In this document: in pieces, positions 54,617-64,000 of the stretch | How the letters are laid out: each line of letters begins with the position of its first letter | Numbering within the stretch: the stretch's first letter is position 1 | NCBI RefSeq assembly: GCF_000143415.4 | Contig: NW_003314267.1 | Location: forward strand, 1,822,529-1,886,528 | DNA length: 64,000 nucleotides | Direction: 5' to 3' | DNA from: Selaginella moellendorffii | Taxonomy: Eukaryota; Plantae; Lycopodiophyta | Program-made: the position numbers and the translations under genes | Notes under the pieces: model-generated | What the model was told of the DNA's origin: nothing | The model's database searches: none | Seen by the model: the letters and a program-made list of their open reading frames with translations, nothing else

Positions 54617-56119
54617 TTAGCAGCAGATCATGTTGGGGTAGACGAAGGCATCCAGGCGGGGGCTGAAGGCGAATCCCTGCATGAATCCCTGCGCCGGGTG
54701 CTCGATCTCGCCCAGGAACGGGCAGCGCGGCAGCCATCGCCAGAGCTTCTCGTAGAAGTCATACATGAGCACCTCGGAGCACTCCTGGATGGTGAGGAGG
54801 ATGTAGTTGCCATGGCCGATGCAGTAGAAGGCCCGCTCGCAGGAGATCCGCATGAACTCCTCGTACAGCGCCTGCGGCATCCTCTCCAGCTCGATCCACA
54901 CGCTCTTGGGGTGCTGCAGCCCCCAGATCCGGATGCTCTTGGGGACGTTGAGCCTGTTCTTCTCCACCGCCGCCACCATCACCAATCGCCCGCGGCACTC
55001 GACGAGATTGGGCGTGCGCAGGAAGCGCCGCATTGGCGCCTGGATCTTGTTCCACGTCCCGGACTCCACGTCGTAGGCCAGCACTCCAAACGGGCTGTAG
55101 TTCATGCAGTAGAAGCAGCCGTTCGCGAAGGTGGTCTTGGCGGACTCGAGGTTGCACAGCCGGGGGAGCGCTCCCGCCATCCTCCAGCACTGGATGCTCG
55201 AGTCGAACACCTCGCTGCTCAGGTTCTTCACCGCGAATGGCGAGATGAGATCGTCGCCGGCGACGAGGAGCTTGTAGCCGCGAGTGTGGCGATCCACGAC
55301 GAGGCCCACGGTGGGGACGAATCGCTCCTTGAGCGTGAGCGGGAGCTGGATGCAAGCGCGCGTGAGAGGATTGCACATCACGACCGTCTTGTAGCCGGCC
55401 ATCTCGGACATACAACAGAGGAGGCCCTGCGAGGACGAGACCACGGCGATCTGCGATGGGAGGAAGCCCAGCGGCAGCAAATGCCAGGATCGCTCTCCGG
55501 GATCGAAGAGGAAGCCCTGCGACCACACCCCGGGCCTGAAGAGGAGGAAGCAGTGCCTCGAGGGGGCAACGCGCGAGCTCAATTCAAGAAAGCTGTCGGA
55601 AAAGAGGAGCGAGTACCAGCGCTTGCAAACCACGCGGAGCCGGAAGAAGCTGGGCAGTGGGAGCATCGCCAGGACCCTGTCCACGAGCTTCTCCGGGAGC
55701 TGGCTCCATAGCCGCTCCTCCAGGAGAGCTTGGTGATGGTGGTAGTGATGATGGGCGAAGACAGTACCACCACCACTATCGCCATCGCCGCCACCAGCGG
55801 TGATCTTGTTCTTGGCATTCGAGCTGGATTGGATCAGGAGCTCGTGCTGGTGGTGGTGGTGGTGGTGGTGATGCTCGTCGTCATTGCTGGTGGTGGAGCT
55901 CCCGATGATTTGCTGGGGATCGAATCGGAAGCTAGTGGCCCCTGACACGACGAGCCCGGCATGATCAAGCGCGACGTGGTACCCGCTTCCACCGTCGAGA
56001 AGAATGTGGTGATGAGAGATCGTATGCGATACCTGCGTTCCTCCTCCGCCGGTGCCGCCTCCTCCGCCTCCTCCGCCTCCTCCTTCCATCAGCTGGAGCC
56101 GCTGCGCAGCGGCCATCAT
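54617..56119 (-). CDS. UFO: F-box protein, UNUSUAL FLORAL ORGANS / APO1 orthologue, intronless
   Basis: F-box LWSQLPEKLVDRVLAMLP; UFO-diagnostic AGDDLISPFAVKNLSSE, LPRLCNLES, YCMNYSPF, QAPMRRFLR, AAVEKNRLNVPKS. Confidence 0.9.
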   Translation of the reverse strand: MMAAAQRLQLMEGGGGGGGGGGTGGGGTQVSHTISHHHILLDGGSGYHVALDHAGLVVSGATSFRFDPQQIIGSSTTSNDDEHHHHHHHHQHELLIQSSSNAKNKITAGGGDGDSGGGTVFAHHHYHHHQALLEERLWSQLPEKLVDRVLAMLPLPSFFRLRVVCKRWYSLLFSDSFLELSSRVAPSRHCFLLFRPGVWSQGFLFDPGERSWHLLPLGFLPSQIAVVSSSQGLLCCMSEMAGYKTVVMCNPLTRACIQLPLTLKERFVPTVGLVVDRHTRGYKLLVAGDDLISPFAVKNLSSEVFDSSIQCWRMAGALPRLCNLESAKTTFANGCFYCMNYSPFGVLAYDVESGTWNKIQAPMRRFLRTPNLVECRGRLVMVAAVEKNRLNVPKSIRIWGLQHPKSVWIELERMPQALYEEFMRISCERAFYCIGHGNYILLTIQECSEVLMYDFYEKLWRWLPRCPFLGEIEHPAQGFMQGFAFSPRLDAFVYPNMICC

Positions 56120-57797
56120 CCTTTCTCTCCCTCGTCACACTCACACCCACACACACACACACACTCGCAAATCCTCTAAATCTCTCGCTCGCGTCTCACA
56201 TTCTCAATGCTCGGCTCTACTCAAGAGGAGGAAAAGACGATCGACGATCTGGAGAAAAGACTTGCGAGCCAAGCGAGAAGCGAATCGAAAAGAAGAAAGC
56301 GTGAGGGGAAAGAGGAACACTTGCGCTGCTCCAGATAACGCCTCTCGCTGCTGGCGCTCTGTGCTGTGCCGCTGCGCTGCCGCTCTACTGCCTAAGAAAC
56401 TGAGCCCAAAATTCGTAACCATCATTAGCGAAAAAGAGAAGAAATTTTGTTCGAGCCCAACGCCAGGCCTCCCTCTCAGCCCAGGCAGCTAAGTAGAGAA
56501 GGGCATAAAGTGGGGACTAGCAATTTGGTAATCGCCGAGGGAGATACGATTAGGGTACCCTCTTGCTCATCAGATTTATGACGCGCTGCACGGATTCGAG
56601 ACGCGCTGTTGTACTGCATTGTACTGCCGCCACACCGCGCGTCCCCCGCTGCATTCGCTTTGAACTAAGCGAAAGCCCTAACTAAACCCTAAGTAGCAGC
56701 CCAGATCTTCTCGATTTTTTTTTTTTTTTTTTAAATGATGCAATCCGAAATGAATACTCCTACTGGGTCCTTTTCTTTTTTCCATTCTTTTCTTTCGCCT
56801 GCGCTGATCACCACCTCCACTTCTTTCTCTTTCTCTCTGCCACCCCCCACCACTGTCGTCTTGCGCAAGAACCCTAAAACTCGATGATGGAGAGATGTTG
56901 CGTGCTGGTTCGATTCCGCAAGGGACACAAACGTTGCAGCTATTTTATTGCGATCACGCGTGGGTTGCGCCGAGTGCTGCATTCCCGCACCTCCATTCTT
57001 CCATCAGCCGGGAAAAATCGCCGGAGAAGATTGATGTTATGCATTCTTTCACGTTTTTGATTGTGGATATGCTTGTTACGATTGATTGGCAGGTTTGATC
57101 CTTACATGGCTCGAGTACTAGGCAAAATTTTTAGTCTTCCATTTGCGAAACTTTTTTTGGCGAAGTGTCGTTGTGGTTCCCGATCTTTCCCACGGGGATT
57201 CTTTTGATAATGATGCTCATTCGAACATGGCTGCCAAATCACCAACCTGATGTAGAAATTTCTTTTTTCTTGATTACAAGTATTATTTACCACGTACGGA
57301 ATTTGCATATAAAAGTTCCGTGCATTGTTCGATCGGACAAGATTTCTTTCAGGCGAAACCAATCGAAGGCTCAGAAAAACTTGTTCATGTTTTGCATTCC
57401 AAGCAAATCCCTTAGGAGGTGATCTTCAATTCCACCACGTCTCGAAAACTTTGTGTCTGTTTTACAGCGAAGGTTGCGATTCCTTCGGAAAAGAATCTCG
57501 ATGCAACGCACCTTGTAAATAATGATTAACATGCGTTGCTAAATTAATCAACTTTCTAACAGCATGCGCAGTACCAGTAGGAGACGCGGAGACCGACCAC
57601 ATGAAAGCCCCAGAGATTCTTGACGAGTTTTTAACAAACATTTCGTGTGTGTGATCTTTGCAAGTCAAGTATACACCGATAAAATACCACAACCAACGGA
57701 GAATGAATCAGCACTTTTTCCTCATGACTGGGCTGTCTGCTACGTAGGACCGCTTGCTGCGTCAAAAAAAACTTCCAGTTCGATCATTTCTCAACGA

Positions 57798-57882
57798 CCG
57801 ATCTTAGCTCAGTTGGTAGAGCGGAGGACTGTAGTGCTCATCAGATATCCTTAGGTCGCTGGTTCGATTCCGGCAGATCGGA
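57798..57882 (+). tRNA. tRNA-Tyr(GTA), 12-nt intron
   Basis: Intact; intron tgctcatcagat; TTTTT terminator. Confidence 0.95.
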
Positions 57883-57989
57883 GCATTTTTACCTCTTAAT
57901 GTGTTTTAATTAGAGTATTTTTTCCTTTTATTTACTTTATTTCTAACACTTTAATTATAGAAGTTTTTTTTATCTCAAATCAATAATGA

Positions 57990-58074
57990 CCGATCGTAGC
58001 TCAGTTGGTGGAGCGGAGGACTGTAGTGCTCTTCAGATATCCTTAGGTCGCTGGTTCGATTCCGGCAGATCGCA
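57990..58074 (+). tRNA. tRNA-Tyr(GTA) variant, likely pseudogene
   Basis: Three substitutions versus the neighbouring copy (T7G, A21G, G72C) break two acceptor-stem pairs. Confidence 0.75.
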
Positions 58075-58196
58075 GCAATTTTTCCATCTTTTTCTATTAT
58101 CACTTTAATTAATCTTAGAGTATTTTTTCCTTTTGTTTAGTTTATTTCTAAAAATCGTTTTCACTTAATTAAAGAAGTTTTTTATCTCAATAATGA

Positions 58197-58282
58197 CCGG
58201 CCTTAGCTCAGTTGGTAGAGCGGAGGACTGTAGTGTTCACTCAGACAGCTTCAGGTCGCTGGTTCGATTCCGGCAGATCGGA
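58197..58282 (+). tRNA. tRNA-Tyr(GTA) variant with altered anticodon and acceptor stems
   Basis: CCGGCCT/AGATCGG acceptor stem (one C-A mismatch); AGCTTC replaces ATCCTT after the 13-nt intron. Confidence 0.7.
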
Positions 58283-59543
58283 GAGTTTATTTTATTGTTT
58301 CGGTCCTTCGGACAAGAAATCGAAGAAAAAAGAAAGAATTTGGCGGGGACAGGAGTTCGAAACCCTGGAGCGTCGGGATCGTGACTCGCGAAGGTACTTA
58401 GTTTTGTGCTCGGCTCGGCGGTGTCAGAGAGGAGGGAGAAGCGTGTCTCAATGAATGCGCCATTCATTCATGTTCTCTGCGCTCCATCCAGCGCCACTGA
58501 ATTCCACAGCCGCTGCCGCATTGATTGCCGCGCGGCCGAGGAGAAAATGCTGCCCTGGCTATGGCGCCACGAGCCAGATTAGCTGCGGCCGAGCAAAGAA
58601 TGGATTCCTTCCAGCAACGCCCGGCGTTTCCTCCGTGAGCTCATCCTTTTCTGGCCCCTAAATCCACCGATCAGGTTCGCGATTCGCAGTTTGATCGATA
58701 TTCTTGCCCAAATCTCAGGTTTGTTTGCGTGGCAGCTGTGACGAATCGCACCGTCGACCTAACTTTCGGCCAGGACACAAGCACGAAAAAATTCCTTGGC
58801 ATCACTTCTTTTTTGCCTCTCTCGCTTTCACGGAAAGTGGAGTCTTGCCAGCCTTTTGTGGAGGTGCGTATTTTTTTTTCTCTTTTTTCTTGTTTCTTAG
58901 ATTTCTAGCTCGGCCGATTGGCTTACAGATGATCACAGGTTTGGTGGGTCTCGCTGGTTGGTCTGTTGGTTTGATTTGATATGGACCGGATTGTCGTTGT
59001 TAGCTTGTTTTTCGATTTCTTTTCTTCGTTCAAGTCTTTGCGGTCGTGCTTGTCGATGTCTTACATCAATGGTGCATTAACTGGAATGCATCCAGCTGCA
59101 CCAGTGGCAGCTGCCGCTTTTCTTTTGTTGTGATGCATCTATCGGTCTCAGGTTTGCTGGTGTTTGATGGATTCTTGAGAAGTCGAAGAAGTGGTTGAGT
59201 GATCACTTCTAAAGGACTTCGCCTTCTGTGCTTTTGTCTGAGCTCCTTTCTGGCGATTTTGGCAGGGAGAGCCTTGAGAATACGCGACGAGGGTGCCAGT
59301 CGATGGGGATTTCTATTGCCGAGGGTGCAATGTAGCTAGATTTGAGTCCGAAGAGCAAAGAAGATGCAGCTGTCCGAGGTTTGGAAGCAAATTGGAAGCG
59401 TGGAGACTGCCGCTACTCAAAGTGAGTGGTAGATCTCAGCTCTTGGATAAGCTATATAATGGTCTGCTTGTTTCGTGCTTCTTCCAGGCATGTCCGAGGA
59501 AGTAGCTAAAGTTCTCGGGCATCACAGGCTGGGTAGTTTCCTC

Positions 59544-62500
59544 ATGCAAGGGCATGACTACGATCTCTCAGAGTCTTTTAGAAGCAGGACAGTTCCGGAG
59601 GAAATGATACGAGATGGAGATTGCAAGCAGGATGTCGATGACGAGCCAGTCAAAGAGCAGCCGCATGCCACGGTGTCGTACCTTCAATTGTTCAGCTTTG
59701 CGGACTATCTCGATTATGTGCTTATCTTCCTGGGTACCGTCGGTGCCTCGGTCCACGGAGCAGCTATTCCCGGGTTCTTCGTCTTCTTTGGGAAAATGAT
59801 CGATGAGTTCGGCAAGGATTATAACAATCCACACAAGATGGGGCACGAAGTTAGCAAGGTAAGCTCTCGCATTGTTTTCTTGGTTTGTCTAACGCTTCCG
59901 TGCTTTAGTATTCTCTTTATTTCGTCTACTTGGGCTTGGTGATCCTGGTCGCAGCTTGGCTTGGTAAACGTCTGCTTTTGTCAACTGGACGACACTTACG
60001 TGACAGTTTTCCATGTGCAGAGGTGTCCTGTTGGACTTACACTGGCGAAAGGCAATCGTCACGCATGCGAACTCACTATTTAAAAGCAATGTTGAGTCAA
60101 GATGTCGGTTTCTTTGACACCGATGCCACCACTGGTGAAATTGTTATTGGGATATCTAGTGACACGGCACTTGTACAAGAGGCAATCGGTCCCAAGGTTT
60201 GTGTCTCCAGGTTAAGCTTTGCTTGAAACTACGTGAAGCTGTGGTGTGCAGGCTGGAAACTACGTGCATTACATGGCGAGGTTTTTTGCCGGTTTCGCGG
60301 TGGGATTTACGTCTGTATGGCAGCTTACGCTATTGACTTTAGCCGTCGTTCCTGCAATTGCTGTTGCCGGAGGAGCTTATGCATACACAATGGTCGGGCT
60401 AACCACCAAAAATCAAAAGGCTTACGCCAGAGCGGGGGAGATTGCAGAAGAGGTATTTTATCTTGTCCATTTTACTCTTTTACTTACCTGTTTTGTTCTT
60501 ACAACAGACTATTTCTCAAGTTCGAACTGTTTACTCGTTCGTTGGCGAAGAAAAGGCTCAGGAGTTGTACTCAAGGGCTCTAGAAACAACCTTAAAACTC
60601 GGGAAGAGCGGTGGATTGGCCAAAGGACTTGGACTTGGAGCAACCTATGGCCTCACCTTCGGTTCTTGGGCACTACTACTATGGTATGCAGGAGTTTTAG
60701 TCAGGCACGGTACAACAAATGGTGGCGAAGCGTTTACGACCATACTTAATGTTGTTATCAGCAGCCTGTAAGTATCTGTTTTCGTGCATCTCTACCGCAA
60801 CTTACCTGGTTTTGTTTTTAACCAGTTCCTTGGGAAATGCAGCTCCGAATCTCGGCGCTTTTGCCAAAGGCAAAGCTGCCGGATATAATATACTGGAGAT
60901 GATCAAACGAAAACCAGCAATTAATCCAAACACTTCGGACGGCAAGACAATCTCAAATGTGCAAGGAAACATTGAGTTTGTGGACATACATTTTAGCTAT
61001 CCTTCGAGACCAGACGTAACCATTTTCCAGAAGTTATGCCTGAAGATCCCCCAGGGAAAGACAGTGGCGATAGTCGGTGGCAGTGGTTCCGGTAAAAGCA
61101 CGGTGATAGCGTTGATCGAGCGATTCTACGATCCTATGTCTGGTAAAACTTGAGTCGTCCGTTTTGACGTTTTCTAAATCATTTGGATTCGTTGCAGGCA
61201 TAATCTTGTTAGATTCTCACGACATCAAGACGTTGCAGCTCAAATGGCTACGGAGTCAAATTGGTCTTGTGAATCAAGAGCCGGCATTATTTGCACCACT
61301 ATTCGTGAAAACATTCTACTAGGAAAGCCCGATGCAAGCGACGACGAAATCTTCGAAGCTGCTACTGTTGCTGGCGCTCATGCCTTCATCCAGCAACTGC
61401 CTGATGGCTACGAGACTCAGGTTTGTTAATTTCACCTATTTTTCTTGTGTATTAAGGAAGTTTCAGTGACCAGGTTGGCGAGAAGGGTGTGCAACTCTCT
61501 GGCGGACAGAAGCAAAGAGTTGCTATCACAAGGGCCATGGTAAAGAACCCTTCAATATTACTGCTGGACGAGGCTACCAGTGCGCTGGATGCAGCGTCTG
61601 AACAGTCGGTGCAAGAAGCTCTGGACACTCTTATGATCGGAAGAACAACCGTCGTTGTTGCGCACCGGCTGTCTACAGTCCAGAATGCTGATATCATTGC
61701 CGTCGTACAGGGTGGGAAAATAGTCGAAACTGGTACTCACTCGGCGCTGATGGCAAAGGGGGAATCGGGAGCTTATTGTGAACTCGTGAGGCTGCAAGAA
61801 GCAGGGAAAGCAAAGACTCTAGATGGCCCTCCGAGCAAGCATTCCAGGTATGAGTTGTACTTCCTTTTTATATGGTTCCCAACATCCCTCTTGTAATGCA
61901 GGCTTTCTCGAGGATCTTCCATGTCTCAGTTCAGCTTTAGGCTACAGTCCGACGCCGAAAGTCAAAGCATTATTGGCATGGAAGAAGACCAACGGCTAAG
62001 TCTACCAAAGCCTTCTTTCAGGCGTCTCTTGAAGCTGAATGCTCGTGAATGGCCTCAGGGCGTTCTTGGTGCTTTTGGGGCCATACTCGCTGGAGTCGAG
62101 ATGCCATTCTTCGCTTTCGGCTTGACACAGGTCCTAGTCACATACTACAATCCTGACAAGCATTACGTGAAGAAAGAAGTCGAAAAGTACGTGTTTTTCT
62201 TCACCGGTTTAACCATTCTTGCGGTTCTGGCCAACACACTTGAACACTACTTTTTTGGCTACATGGGAGAGTGCCTCACAATGCGAGTACGAAACATGAT
62301 GTTTTCAGGTGAGCTGATGGGTTTTGTTTATACGAACTCTAATGTTCTCTTTTCCAGCTATACTTAAAAACGAACTAGGCTGGTTCGAGAAAGCAGACAA
62401 TTACAGCAGCTTAGTTTCATCACAACTTGCTAGCGATGCAACTCTCGTCCGTGCTGCCGTTGGTGACAGGCTGTCCATACTGCTACAGAACTCCGCATTA

Positions 62501-63865
62501 ATCCTCGGTGGATTTATAATCGCTTTTGTCCTTCAGTGGAAACTCACTTTGATAGTTCTTGCTCTCTTTCCACTTCTTATTAGTGCCCATGTCGGTGAGG
62601 TAAGGTTGTGATTCCTGTGTCGTCGATGATGTTTATTTTCCGTTTTGCAGCATTTGTTCATGAAAGGTTTCGGAGTAAACCTGAGCAAAGTCTACGCCCG
62701 TGCATCCGTGGTAGCTGGTGAAGCTGTTAGCAACATCAGGACTGTGGCAGCATTTTGTGGAGAGAGCAAGGTCTTGGAGCTTTTCAACCGGCAACTCGAG
62801 GGGATAAAAAAGAACTCCTTTGCTAGGGGACAAGTAGCAGGATTGGGATATGGGCTAGCGCAGTGCTGCTTATATAGTTCTTACGGGCTCGCACTCTGGT
62901 ACGCGGCAAAGCTGATCAAGGATGGCGACTCTTCCTTTGGGCCAGTGATAAAGTGCTTCATCCTCCTCATTTTCACGGCGTTTGGAGTCGCTGAAACTCT
63001 GGCCTTGGCCCCGGACCTGATGCGAAGCTCTCGAGCAGTCGGTTCGGTTTTCGCAATCCTGGACAGGAAAACAGAGATCGATCCGGACGAGCCCGACTCA
63101 GAAGTCATCACGCACATTCGCGGTGATATAGAATTCAAGCGCGTCAACTTCAGCTATCCTTCTCGCCCCGACGTGGCAATCTTCTACGACCTCAACCTCA
63201 AAGTCCGCGCTGGAAGTAGCCTCGCACTTGTTGGAGCAAGCGGCTCCGGAAAGAGCTCCGTCGTCGCACTGATCCAGAGATTCTACGACCCCTCGGCAGG
63301 CAAAGTATTGATCGACGGGATGGACATCCGGAGGATCAACCTCAAGTCGCTGCGGCTTCACATCGGGCTGGTCCAGCAGGAGCCTGCGCTGTTTGCGACG
63401 AGCATCTACGAGAACGTCGCATACGGGAGAGATGGAGCAACGGAGTCGGAGGTGGTGGAGGCTGCCAAGGCTGGAAACGCTCACAGCTTCATCAGCAGCC
63501 TCCCGGATGGATACCAGACTCAGGTTGGCGAAAGAGGGACGCAGCTTTCTGGAGGACAGAAGCAGCGAGTAGCGATTGCTCGCGCGGTGCTCAAGAACCC
63601 GGCCATTCTTCTACTGGACGAGGCGACGAGTGCTCTGGACGCGCAGTCAGAAAAAGTGGTACAGGAGGCGCTGGACAGGCTGATGCGCGGGAGGACGACT
63701 GTTTTGGTAGCGCACAGGCTATCGACGATACAGAACGCGGGCGTGATTGCGGTGGTAGAGGGTGGTCGAATCGTGGAGCAGGGAAGTCATAGGGAGCTCA
63801 TGGCCAAGGGCGATGGTGCCTACGCGAGACTGGTTAGGCTGCAACAAATGAAAGAAACGAGATGA
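59544..63865 (+). CDS. Full-size ABCB (PGP/MDR) transporter with a 1-bp frameshift in NBD1; start codon uncertain
   Basis: TMD-NBD-TMD-NBD layout; [28 protein letters not shown] twice. The frame breaks at 61293-61297. Confidence 0.9.
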
Positions 63866-64000
63866 CTTATAATAAGTATATAATATTACAAAAATAAAAC
63901 TGTGGCATCAACGAACGAGCATGTACAAAGTTGCAACTACACCAGGTTTCTGTATGGTTTGTTTTAGAATGGTTTGCTTTCTTGCAACTAGTAGTAAGAG

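Noticed and set aside
54872-54895. miR394 target site (would indicate LCR)
   Set aside because: The equivalent sequence has several mismatches and the protein motifs match UFO, not LCR.
54698-55711. 337-aa plus-strand ORF
   Set aside because: Antisense shadow of the UFO coding sequence.
58340-58370. B-box-like GGAGTTCGAAACCC
   Set aside because: No A box or cloverleaf around it.

Overview
Eukaryotic plant nuclear DNA. Compact genes, 50-65 nt introns and the gene/TE families are most consistent with a lycophyte such as Selaginella; this is inferred, not verified. Gene-rich arms (1-9.3 kb, 30-36 kb, 45-64 kb) carry a GIY-YIG protein, LIP2/LipB, a HAS1-like DEAD-box helicase, homoserine kinase, LTO1/ORAOV1, an MscS-like channel, a CYP85-clan P450, a TWS1/CIF-like secreted peptide precursor, an orphan 7-exon PD-(D/E)xK-like nuclease gene, a dienelactone hydrolase, MEE59-like, a UFO orthologue and an ABCB transporter with a 1-bp frameshift. 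There are also eight tRNA genes: Ser-GCT, Lys-TTT and six intron-containing Tyr-GTA. A four-element retrotransposon nest spans 10.6-29.3 kb. An old tRNA-Ala-primed gypsy element contains (i) a chromovirus with a Tf1-type self-priming PBS and a GGGAAAC -1 frameshift, itself interrupted by a 5S-rRNA-bearing Cassandra TRIM with identical LTRs, and (ii) an intact L1-clade LINE whose poly(A) lies at its 5' end inside a 17-bp TSD. Degenerate gypsy relics and a minisatellite fill 36-45 kb. Top leads: the permuted LINE insertion, a candidate LTO1-HSK dicistron, the orphan nuclease, the self-priming chromovirus, the Cassandra element and the TWS1/CIF-like peptide.
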